From: Macrostomum lignano
Taxonomy: Eukaryota
Length of the DNA: 64,000 nt
NCBI GenBank assembly: GCA_002269645.1
Contig: NIVC01001101.1
Span: 310,001 to 374,000 of the forward strand
Direction: 5' to 3'
Shown: in pieces, positions 26,072 through 37,354 of the stretch
Layout: each line of letters starts with the position of its first letter
How positions within the stretch are numbered: the first letter of the stretch is position 1
Position numbers and translations under genes: made by a program
Notes under the pieces: model-generated
What the model was told of the DNA's origin: nothing
Database searches by the model: none
What the model saw: only the letters and a program-made list of their open reading frames with translations

Positions 26072-29000
26072 ATTATTATTGAGTGATTGTTATGTATATC
26101 ATGCATATATTATGATATTGCCTATTGCTCAATATATTACTCATTTAGTAGTATGCTATTATACTGTTAATATATTTGCGCTGTGAATTAGTGAAAGTAA
26201 ATTGGTTATTAATAAATCTATCTGTTTGCCCTTTGCTAATTTGTTGTTTTGGTCGCAGAAACTAATTTGCTTTTATGTTGGTCTTCATTCGCAATCTACC
26301 CCTATTTGATAAAGTTTTTTTATGAATTTTATTTCTATTTTTAGTTGCTTTTATTGCCGTCTTTTTGTGTGTTTTTTGTTGGAAAATATAACAATTGCTC
26401 TGGTTACAAAAGCCATCCCAGACTCTGTGTCGGCTTCCCATTGTTGGTTCTCCGTCATCTCCCATGAGTATTTGTCATTCTTCATTGCCATTTAATCATT
26501 AAAAACCCCGAGTTTGATTCTGTGTTTTAGTCTGTTTATACTACTGCAGCAGCGTGAGCAGTAGCGTGATGCAAATATTAATGCGGATATAAATTTAACT
26601 TGAACTGCTATTTTTAAAAGAACAACATAATCGACTTCTTAATTAATTGAATTGCTACTCAACTTGTCTTCAACCTAGCTACTAAAAGTAGTATTGATTC
26701 AATCTACAATGCAATGCAAATGAGCAACCGACTGCAATATACAATCGTAAATACAAGCATTATTTACGAGTGTATTAACTCTATTTTTTAGCTTTTATTT
26801 ATTTTGACTTCACTCTTACGAGCGTGCAATTTCTGATATAAACAGAACCCGCTTGCTCTAGTTTCACCTGGATGAAGTGTGTTTGCGTTTATTTTTCTTC
26901 ATTTAGACTGTATAATTTGCTTATACGACCTACTAATCAGTAGTAATGAACGAATATTCGTATATATTTTTGGTGTGCTTTCCTAATTATAATCAAATTT
27001 TCTAATACTTAACTGAAGCATCATTGCTACTCAGTGTCCTGATTCGCTCTTTCGACTATTGCTACTTTCTCAGTAGTACCTTGTGTACATCCGTTACAAA
27101 CTTTGTCGAGTTGAAAGCATCAATAAAACAAAATAAACTGACTGAAAAATGGGTTATTGTCCAAAAACTGCTTGACTAACGATCTGTGAGCTTTTCTACA
27201 CTTGAACTGTGTACTTTGGCAGAACTAGCTCTAATTGATATTGCCTTGTGTTGTCATCTATTCATTTTTCCTCATTTTAGTTTACTAAGCCACATACAAA
27301 CAACTCAGTTTTAGGATATAGGATTGAAGTATTTAAAGAGGGAAAGCCAACCACATTACTCACCCGCAATGTACACTCGCTGCCAGACCAGACCCGCTAC
27401 AACCCCCACCCCTCACCCGCAATGTACACTCGCTGCCAGGCCAAACCCGCCACAACCCCCACCCATCACCCGCAATGTACACTCGCTGCCAGACCAGACC
27501 CGCTCCAACCCCCACCCATCACCCGCAATGTACACTCGCTGCCAGACCAGACCCGCTCCAACCCCCACCCATCACCCGCAATGTACAATCGCTGCCAGGC
27601 TAGACCCGCTACAACCCCCACCCATCACCCGCAATGTACACTCGCTGCCAGGCCAAACCCGCTCCAACCCCCACACCTCACCCGCAATGTACACTCGCTG
27701 CAAGCCCAGGCCCGCTCCAACTCCAACCCCTCACCCGCAATGTACACTCGCTGCTAGGCCAGACCCGCTCCAACTCCAACCCCTCACCCGCAATGTAAAT
27801 TTAATCACAGCAGCCGCCGTTTTCAATCGATTTATTATTATTTGCCATCTGTCAAACGGGATGGGATTTCAAATCGCGAATTCGGTTTAGCAGCACGCTG
27901 AAGCCTCGTGGCTTTTACCATATGGCATGTCAGCCGTGCTACCTGCAGTTCATTCTCAACTGCCTCATGCACATGACATACCGGATGCAAATTAGTCAAC
28001 TGCTTGCTGTTCCTCTTCAACCCTGCTCATTTGCAATACAGGCAGATGGTGTAGACTCTACTAATGATTGATGAAGCAGATACTGCAACTTTGCCTGATG
28101 GTGATGGCTCATTCTCATCACCATCAAAGTCCATAATCACACTGCTTGTGTGATTTTTTGTACGACTGAAATAAAAGGTGAAAGAGAGAGGGTCCTGTCA
28201 TGCAGTATATAAGTTTTTTGCCAGTTTACCAAATACATATATGCTAGATAAAGCCAGAAAAAGTAGTCAAGCATGGCTAATGCTACTACAGCCCCTTTCC
28301 TTATTTAAGCTGAGCTCTTTAGTTTTTTTAAAAGAACAAGATAGCAATTATTAATTTATAAAAGGATTACACATATTGTAAACAACATAAACAAACAACT
28401 ATTTCTGAATTAATTATAATAAAAGGAAAATGATAATATAGTACAATATAAATATCATAGTACCATCGAGATCTAACCTTTGCTTAAGTTGGCCAAAATA
28501 GTTATGAATAGTTTCTTAAATATTTAAACCCTTTAGCATAGAGAAATTTCTTAGGAATGGCATATGTACCGTCACAGGAAAATTTCAAAGTGAACAGTGC
28601 AAGTCCCATGATAATTGGTTGATTCACATTTTAAAATTTATCACATAAATAGAGACAATAGAGTCAGCATCAGTTTAATTCATGTGAATATGCCATGGGT
28701 AAATGCTTTAATGCTTATTAAAAAAGCCCTTTTGTCAAAAGAATATAAGTTACGAAAGCTATAGCTAGTGAGCTACTATTTATACTAAACAGTGTTATGG
28801 AGATATATAGTTAATACAATGCTTATAGCCTGTCATAAATAATATATTTATAAATATTTATGGTATTAACTATTAACCCTGATGATGATGGCATATATGT
28901 ATATGAGTATGCAAGCTACCATAATCGTGCAAATCTGACAAATGCATTTTTGGCCAATATATATATTGTGTTATATATTCATATGCACATACCAACTGCA

Positions 29001-29566
29001 AATATACTTTGAATACTTGTTACTCGTAAAGTTGAATGAAAAAAATTACGAGCGTACACAACTAATGCTATCTTACACTACCAGTACTAGGCCCTTATCC
29101 GAAGGCCCTATCCAATGTAATTATTGCAATGTGTATTGTACCTGGATAAATTGCTAAAGGAAGTTTCTTTGAAAGATTTAAATTAGGATGGTTTTGCAGG
29201 GAAGTAATAGCTGAAAAAGGTATTTGGACGAGTCCGGGTCAGTTGAATATGTGCCATTTTATTATCGCAGACAGCAATACAATAATTATAAGAAAAATTA
29301 TAACTCACATTGTGAGTTTTGTTCTAAAATTGTGTTGCATGAAAACTATTGCAATAATAATTATTTTTTCAATTTTTTTCGACTAGTGCTCAGCTTCATC
29401 GGAAATGACTGGCTCGACGCTGCGCCCCCGCGCTGCCATCGCAACGCCGCCACCCCAAATGATGAGTTGGGAAGCTGCATAAAGCCCGCAGTCCTGCAGC
29501 AGGCGAGAGGCACAAAAGCGACAAGCACATCCCATCTCCGTAAGACTCCCCACAGCCGCTCTGACC

Positions 29567-30322
29567 ATGCAGACTTTGTCAATTCTGCCGCTGATTCTCT
29601 GCTGTTGCATCGCTCTCGGCCACTCGCTGGGCGCTGAATTCGGCCATTTGGGCTGCTTCGTGGACGAAGGAACTCCAAACCGAGACCTCACCGGTCTTGT
29701 TGGCTTGTCCACCATCGGGCCCCACTCGAAGACGCCGGGCGCGGGCGACGTCGCACATAGCAGCATGACTTTGGAGCTTTGCAGCGAAATCTGCACGTAT
29801 GGAAAATTCCGCTACTTTGGTGTTCAAAATTCAGCTGGTTGCTTCTGCGGAAACTCGTACGGCCGACACGGCAAGGCAGCCGACAGCGACTGCAACATGG
29901 CCTGCGCTGGAAACTCCGCCCAAATCTGCGGAGGGTCGGGGCGAAACTCCGTGTACCGGCAGGTCTACAATCGTCCAGGTGAGCGTAGCGGAATTTACAA
30001 TCAATGCTGTTCTACTTTTACATGTACATGCACTTCCCCACTTGCCCACCAGAGTAGCGGAGCAGTCGATATCTCTTCTGTCTTTTCAGATAGCGAATAT
30101 TTTGCTTTGGCTGACCGAGACTACGTGAACGTGACCTCTACCCGCGGGCCCTTCTACCGCACCGAGCAGCCCGTCAGGAGTCTGACTGAATGCCTACTAG
30201 CTCGCTGCGTCACAGACTGCCAGGCCGTGCTGTTCCACCTGGACGCCTGCCACCTGCTGAGATTCCCCGTTCTGCCACACGAGCTGAAGAACGTCGCTGG
30301 GAAGTTCGCCACCCGCGTGTGA
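29567..30322 (+). CDS. Secreted WSC + PAN-like protein, copy 3 (probable intron 29979-30089)
   Basis: Protein identical to copy 2. Confidence 0.88.
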   Translation: MQTLSILPLILCCCIALGHSLGAEFGHLGCFVDEGTPNRDLTGLVGLSTIGPHSKTPGAGDVAHSSMTLELCSEICTYGKFRYFGVQNSAGCFCGNSYGRHGKAADSDCNMACAGNSAQICGGSGRNSVYRQVYNRPGERSGIYNQCCSTFTCTCTSPLAHQSSGAVDISSVFSDSEYFALADRDYVNVTSTRGPFYRTEQPVRSLTECLLARCVTDCQAVLFHLDACHLLRFPVLPHELKNVAGKFATRV

Positions 30323-32226
30323 GGGACCACCTGATTCGAAGCAAGGAGTCTCGGCTGCTTAAGCCTTCTGGTTGCTGAACTCTGATTTCTGACACCATCC
30401 GATTGCTGCAAGTCTAACCATAGGGCATAGTTAATTTATACTCAAGACAAATCACCTGAGTTCAAATAAAATGACAATATTCACTGCCGAAAAGAAAGAA
30501 CTTTAGCGGCTTCTGAGCAGTAGCTTATTGGCAAATAAATTCGTTTTTTATCCTGATCGATCGAGCCAGCTACAGCAGGCACAATGGCAGCAGTAGCAAC
30601 CAAAGCATATTGCTGACACACTATTGACTCTAAGCAGTATCAGATTCACAAGAACGAATCAGATCCAGAAGCCACTCAGTTCACTCACTCCTGTGTCAGC
30701 TCTTGCAACGCTCAATATTCACGCCAATTTCTCTGCATTGGAAAACTTTTCTGCCTCCATAAGGCGCGCTGGCACCTCAGAGGTTGCAGAATAAATTTAG
30801 AGTGTTATGCTCCGAAATACTACTTGCACAGCTGAAGCCACAACAGCTTCTGGTAGCTGACATCCCAGGTTCACAATATGCTAGCATATGGTTTAAACGC
30901 CTTAAAACCTTTAGCACCTGCACATTTATAACTTCGTACTCATATAAATGGAAGTGAGAATAGGAATCGCAGCATTCGATGGATAGGATGGCCGAGTACC
31001 GACTGACCGAAAGTACAAACTAGTCTGACGAAGCTGTTAATTAGTTTAACAGCAGTCAGTGAGCAGGCCAGATACAGGTGAAATAATTAACAGTGGAGTT
31101 CCAAGTTTGTTCTGCCCGTCTCCACCGCGGGGGGCATGCAGGGGGGCATGTTCCTCCCAGTAAGCTATAAAATTTGCGCATATTGGTTGCCATGGAAACG
31201 GGTAGGAGGCTTCTTCATTGATTTTTCAACTGCAGAAAAACCCACCAATTTATCCCATTAGCATGCAGGCGCTTCGTCTGTGCATGCAGCGTTTGGTGTA
31301 TGAGGCTGAGCTCATCCCCAACGCATCATCCGTTTTAACTGTAGCATTGAACTACGCGCTGCCGACTCTCCTGTGTGAGTCCGACAGATAAAGTTTTTTT
31401 TCTGGGGTAGGGCGATCAGAAATAAACTTAATGCATGTGAAGTGACATGGAGTGAGGTGTGGAGTTGGGAAGAGGCAATCAACAACCTCTCTGTAATGCA
31501 GTTGACAACTGGAAAATAGCAGACTGCTCAATTGCTTTCAGTTAGCTTAGCTTGCATTGATGGCTTTATACGAGCTTACATACTCGTACTAACGAAGCGC
31601 TTTGTACATGTTTTCGTTATTCCACACTTTTGAATCATGCTTCAATTGGCTGTATTGAGTTAGTTTACCATAAAGAACTGTGATGTGTCTTAGTTTGACC
31701 AAAGACAACTGTGATGTGTCTTAGTTTGACCATAGAAAACTGTGATGTGTGTCTTAGTTTGACCATAGACAACTGTGATGTTTGTCTTAGTTTGACCATA
31801 GACAACTGTGATGTGTGTCTTAGTTTGACCATAGACAACTGTGATGTGTGTCTTAGTTTGACCATAGACAACTGTGATGTTTGTCTTAGTTTGACCATAG
31901 ACAACTGTGATGTTTGTCTTAGTTTGACCATAGACAACTGTGATGTGTGTCTTAGTTTGACCATAGACAACTGTGATGTGTGTCTTAGTTTGACCATAGA
32001 CAACTGTGATGTGTGCCTTAGTTTGACTATAGACAACTGTGATGTGTGCCTTAGTTTGACTATAGACAACTGTGATGTGTGCCTAATTAGTTTGACTATG
32101 GACAACTGTGATGTGTGTCTTAGTTTGACCATAGACAACTGTGATGTGTCTTAGTTTGACCATAGACAACTGTGATGTTTGTCTTGTTTGACCATAGACA
32201 ACTGTGATGTGTGTCTTAGTTTGACC

Positions 32227-33835
32227 CAAGGACTACTTAAGAACACAGGACGTTACACTTGCAAATATTGGCAGAATTCTAAAAGGCCGCTTTGAATGCA
32301 TGTGTCTATGGTTTTAGTGGCCTTTTTGCTTAGTAATTCGCATAGCAGCGTAGCATGATACTCATAACCCATAAGTCTACGTTAGAGCACCAAGCAGTCA
32401 AGATCGCAAACAGCTCACTTTATTGTGTTCTCTGGATCTTTTATTTCTTTCTTCAAATTAAATTATCAATTGAGTTATACAAGATGCCGACGAAGTGTTG
32501 CGTTCCAGGCTGCACAAGCAACTACAAAAGCGGTAAAAGGTGCACCGTATATACTTTTCCGAAACAAGAGGCTGAAATTGACTCCTGGATGAAGGCTTTG
32601 CCCATTGCAGCTAAGGTAAGATAACATTTTATGCATTCTGGTATTTCCCATTTCGTCTCGAAGCATAAATTAAATCGCTCGACTCGTATTACAGCAGGCT
32701 ACTGCGTACATGGGCGGATGCCGCAAGCATTGGCCGGAGGATGCTAGAATGAAGCAAGCCGGGCGTCACATGCGACCTATCGACCCTCCATCTGTCTTTC
32801 AAGGCTGGCCATCCAGTAGCTTAGGGCTTTCTGCTTCCAGTAGGTGTATTTAATAAAAGTGCATTTGAAATGTGAGTTATCTTTTCAATGTTCCAGACTG
32901 CCCAACAACAACATTTTGCATTGTAGAGCGCTCAAGGGATGCCAGCCAACGAGGCGTTCTGCTTGCTGATACGCTCGTAGAGCAGCTATTGCTGACGAGA
33001 TCGTTGCATTCAATGCCGTGACGTGCGTGACGTGATGGTTCCCGTCGCAGAGATGCTGGGATTTCAACGGCGACTTGAGCGGTACAGTCAACTAGAAGCT
33101 ATTGCCAACAGAGTAAAAAACTTCCAACTGCCAGCAACCACAGCTGCAGCCGCTCATATTGAGGCACTTGCGTCCATTTTAGAAAATTCTCCCGATCCAC
33201 GCCAACAGTTTCTATTGCGACAGCTTCAACTCAGTTTTGTGTCCCCTGGAGGTGCTCGCTATGATGGTAAGGACATCTTGATGGCTGCTAAAGTCTACTT
33301 TTCTGGCCGATTCGGCTATAGAATGGCAAGAGAAATAATGTGCCTTCCACATGCTAGCTTCTGCTACGTCTTCTTTCTCGGCTCCGGACAGCGTTGCGTT
33401 AACAGTTCAGTTAATGTGTTTCTGAGAATTTTCGATCTTTTTTGGATATTGCACTTGGCAACGAGCTACTTATAAGAATATCTCGCCGGTTTGCAAATTC
33501 CTTTTACAAGGGTTTAGTAAGAAAGGAATCTGAATCTGTGTAGTTCCTATCATTCAATATTGTCATTCTTGTTATTTTTGGGTATTTCTTCGTTTTTTGT
33601 TAAACTTCTACACCCTGTTCACGATCAATTTTTGGAGAAAATATAAATATTTTGTCGGTATACATGCATATAAAAAGCTTTATTCACTAGGCTTTAATTT
33701 CTATTCATGTATTATACACATTGCTTCAAATAGCAAAAAGGCCACTAAAACCATAGACACATGCATTCAAAGCGGCCTTTTAGAATTCTGCCAATATTTC
33801 CAAGTGTAACGTCCTGTGTTCTTAAGTAGTCCTTG
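32227..33835 (+). mobile_element. P-element superfamily DNA transposon, internally deleted (1609 bp)
   Basis: 104-bp TIRs (32227-32330 / 33732-33835, 1 mismatch, CAAGG...CCTTG); 8-bp TSD GTTTGACC (32219-32226 / 33836-33843); THAP domain. Confidence 0.92.
32484..33360 (+). pseudogene. Truncated THAP-domain P-element transposase (N-terminal part only)
   Basis: Exon 32484-32615 MPTKCCVPGC...FP...W, phase-0 intron, exon from 32698 with CRKHW...P.VF (C2CH THAP); later FLLRQLQL...RY...YRMAREIMCLP typical of the transposase N-terminal region; no catalytic core. Confidence 0.8.
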
Positions 33836-34099
33836 GTTTGACCATAGACAACACTGTGATGTGTGTTAGTTTGACTATAGACAACACTGTGATGTGTTTC
33901 TTAGTTTGACCATAGACAACATTGTGATGTGTGTCTTAGTTTGACCATAGACAACATTGTGATGTGTGTCTTAGTTTGATCATAGACAACATTGTGATGA
34001 GTGTCTTAGTTTGACCATAGACAACATTTTGATGAATGCTGAATTCTTCTAAGAAAGAAGGAAGAAAGAAATTAAAAGCCACTTGTGTGATTTCAAGCA

Positions 34100-35532
34100 T
34101 GAAGCGGGCAGTAGCTACTGCGTGCAGACTTGAAATTGTATTTGCGGAGAGCAAAAGGTTCTTACAAGCGTCTGCGCACAATCAGGTTAAATAGGCCAAC
34201 GCGCTAGTTAGTCAGTCAACCCCAACCCCCACGTAGCTCAGGCTGGGTGGGCGAACCCCCACCCCTAATCTCCGGGGTTGGTGGCGCATAGACGCGGCGT
34301 GATGAGCAGGGAGCGCGAGGGCATCTAAACTGCCGTCTTCAGGTGTGCTTGCACTTGTCCGCCACACGGCTCCCCCCCAGCGGTGGCCTCCGGTACTCGA
34401 CGGCAACGGCGGCGTGGCTGGCGGCGCCGCGGCGGGCGGCGGCGCAGCGGTTCGGCCGTCGCGGCGCCCGGGACGGTGGGCTCACGCGGTGGGCGCCCCC
34501 TTGGCCGAATTTGAGGCGTCGAAACCGGGCTCGCAGGGTCAAGCGCCGCTGGCTTGAGCCGGTCCACCGACACGAAGTCCCGCCTAGTGACGAGGTCGAG
34601 GAGGAAAGCCTTAGCGCCGCGCTCCAGCACCCTGAAGGGACCTAGATAAGGCGGTTGCAGCGCCGGTCGGTGCCCGTCGCGGCGGACGAAGACGTGCGTG
34701 CAGGTGTCCAAGACAGCAGGCAGGGCGGTGGGGCGGCGGCCATGCTGGGAGGTCGGTGGCGGGCGGAAAGCCTGCACGGCCTGGCGCAGGCGCGCGAGGA
34801 ACCCGTCATGGCCCGTAGGCGAGCTGGTCTGCAGACACTCGCCCGGCACCGCCAGTGGGACTCCGTACACCAACTCCGCCGATGACGTGCCGAGATCCTC
34901 CTTGGGAGCGGTGCGGATGCCGAGCAACACCCAGGGCAGCTCGGCAGTCCAGGACGGCCCCGTCAGCCGCGCCATCAGGGAAGCCTTGAGCTGCCGGTGG
35001 AACCGCTCCACAAGCCCGTTGGCCTGTGGGTGGAAGGCCGTCGTCTGGTGCAGCTGCGTGCCAAGCAAGCGGGACACGTTGGACCACAGCTCCGAGGTGA
35101 ACTGCGGGCCGCGGTCTGACGTGAGGTCGCTTGGCACACCGAAACGGACAATCCAGTGCGCGATGAATGCGGCCGCACAGGTAGCGGCGGACGTGTCTGC
35201 CAGCGGAATTGCTTCCGGCCAACGCGTGAACCGGTCGACAACGGTCAGCAGGTGCGAGCACCCTTGAGAGTGCGGAAGCGGGCCCACCAGGTCGATGTGC
35301 ACGTGCGCGAAGCGGTCGCGGGGCACCGGGATGCTGTCTGGCGGGCTGACAACATGCTGCTGGACCTTAGTCGTCTGGCAGGCGAGGCAGCTGCGAGCCC
35401 AACGGCCGACGTCGCGGTTGAGGCCGGGCCAGACGAAACGGTCTGCAACGAGGCGGCGGGAGCTGCGGATTGATGGGTGCGCGAGGCCATCTAAACGGCC
35501 GTCTTCAGGTGTGCTTGCACTTGTCCGCCACA
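34100..35532 (-). mobile_element. Gypsy/Ty3 LTR retrotransposon deletion derivative
   Basis: 4-bp TSD AGCA (34096-34099 / 35533-35536); full 3' LTR 34366-34100 (TGTGG...CTTCA); PPT GGGGGGGAGCCG 34378-34367; ~55-bp 5' LTR stub at 35532-35479; empty site present in copies 1 and 2. Confidence 0.9.
34367..35486 (-). pseudogene. Gypsy integrase (zinc-binding remnant, rve DDE core, GPY/F region), no start codon
   Basis: AHP...VWPGL..DV..W.RSC.AC; HIDLVG, TSDRGPQF, VERFHRQLK; PPYLGPF. Confidence 0.92.
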
Positions 35533-36513
35533 AGCAACTATAGTGCTGGTGCCTCTCGTCAAACAGCTGCGCTTATTATAATTGGATTATTATTAATTAA
35601 TCTTCCTTTCGACAGTCACAATGGTTTCCAGAATGGATACCGGTACACCAAGAAAGCTCATCAAGTGAAGCAGTCACTGGAAGCCAAGAAGCGCTCGGTA
35701 ATCCGCCACTAAGAGTCACCCTAATCCCTCGTTAATCCATCACTAAGAGTCACCCTAATCCCTCGTTAACCTTTTGGTAAACAAACCAGATAACACCACA
35801 AGATAACATTCACTCAAACAAGATAACATGCCCCATTCCGGTTATGCAAAATGTTCTCTTGTATGAATCCTGTTTGCGTGACGAAATCTTACGTTTCCTT
35901 TTTTCAAACAAGATTCAAATAGGATTCGCTGACCAGGTAACAGTCGGGTAATTCATGCGAATCCTGCAGGGAAACATCGTGTTATCCTGTTTGTTATCTT
36001 GTTTGTTATCTTGTTTGTTATCCTGTCTGACAAACAGGATTCGCTGACCAGGTAACAGTCGGGTAATTCATGCAAAAAAATCCGCCATTGACATCAAATT
36101 TCGCAGTAAAGAAGCGTATAAAAGGTTGGTGCTTCAAGATTTTGTGAGTAGCATCTATTTAACAGCGGGGTGTTATTTGTAAGCTCCTTATAGACGGTAG
36201 CTCAACAGGAACGAGAACTTCTGGAGAGCAGCGTGGCATACGTCTGAGTTTCGGGAGTTCAGTTACAAGTAGACCTACTTATACTGTGAATGCCAATGGA
36301 TACTACTGAATTGGTGATCTGCTGCGAGCTGGTGTACTCGCTGGCGAGGTCGGACCTGCTGTACTCGGACGCGACTCTGACGGCAGTCGACGCGTGAGCC
36401 AGACGTTTGTAAGATCGGGTCGCGCGCACGGAAGGCGATTAATGAGACCACTTGCATTATATGCCGGCGCAATGGAACGACTCTGCATTATAAAGTTAAA
36501 TTAAATGGTGATG

Positions 36514-36994
36514 AGTAGTAGGGCGAATTATGATACTGCCGCACTAGCACTGGCGAGATAGGCGGCAATGCAAATGTACAGGGAAAAATACACTGCGGAG
36601 ATATGAGCCCTATCTCTGTGCATTGGGGACGGCTAAGCACTGCAGAGATATGAGCCCTATCTCTGTGCATTGGGGACGGCTAAGCACTGCAGAGATATGA
36701 GCCCTATCTCTGTGCATTGGGGACGGCTAAGCACTGCAGAGATATGAGCTCTATCTCTGTGCATTGGGGACGGCTAAGCACTGCAGAGATATGAGCTCTA
36801 TCTCTGTGCATTGGGGACGGCTAAGCACTGCAGAGATATGAGCTCTATCTCTGTGCATTGGGGACGGCTAAGCACTGCAGAGATATGAGCTCTATCTCTG
36901 TGCATTGGGGACGGCTAAGCACTGCAGAGATATGAGCTCTATCTCTGTGCATTGGGGACGGCTAAGCACTGCAGAGATATGAGCTCTATCTCTG
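36514..36994 (+). repeat. Polinton left TIR with 47-bp hairpin-containing tandem array (~9 units)
   Basis: Unit GCACTGCAGAGATATGAGC(C/T)CTATCTCTGTGCATTGGGGACGGCTAA. Confidence 0.93.
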
Positions 36995-37242
36995 CTTAAC
37001 ACTGGAGTGATAGGAGGAGAGGCGGCCTATCTCTTTACACTGGAGATGGTTAACACTGCAGAGATAGGAGGAGAGGCGGCCTATCTCTTTGCATTGGGGG
37101 TGGTTAACACTGCAGAGATAGGATGGAGTGGGTTAGCTTAGCTGAATGAATGTTAATCTATGTAATTGGAAATAATGTTTGCGAAAGAGCCAATCACAGA
37201 GCCCGGAGTGGGATGGGTGGTTTGGGGTGGTTCGGTCGAGGG

Positions 37243-37250
37243 TATATAAG
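37243..37250 (+). promoter_or_regulatory. TATA box (TATATAAG) upstream of PC4-like ORF
   Basis: ~105 bp before ATG 37355; same octamer precedes two other element ORFs. Confidence 0.55.
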
Positions 37251-37354
37251 CCCCGAAATTGACAAGAAAGAATTCTCAATTTTTCAAATCCAAAATTTCA
37301 TCCGAACTTTTCCTCAGCTTTTAACTTTTGTGAGTTTTCAATTGCGAAAGGAAA

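Larger units (their letters stand above)
1..34090 (+). repeat. Tandem segmental triplication, period 11143 bp (copy 1 to 2) and 11680 bp (copy 2 to 3)
   Basis: Identical ORFs at 982/12125/23805 and 2940/14083/25763; near-identical WSC ORFs at 6430/17887/29567; identical spacer ORF at 10751/22431. Confidence 0.97.

Noticed and set aside
34339-35543. Multiple plus-strand ORFs over the integrase
   Set aside because: GC-rich antisense shadows of the Gypsy integrase.
36589-36994. CRISPR-like array (47-bp palindromic repeats; likewise the 33/34-bp arrays)
   Set aside because: Units are head-to-tail with no unique spacers, there are no cas genes, and the context is eukaryotic; these are minisatellites or TIR repeats.
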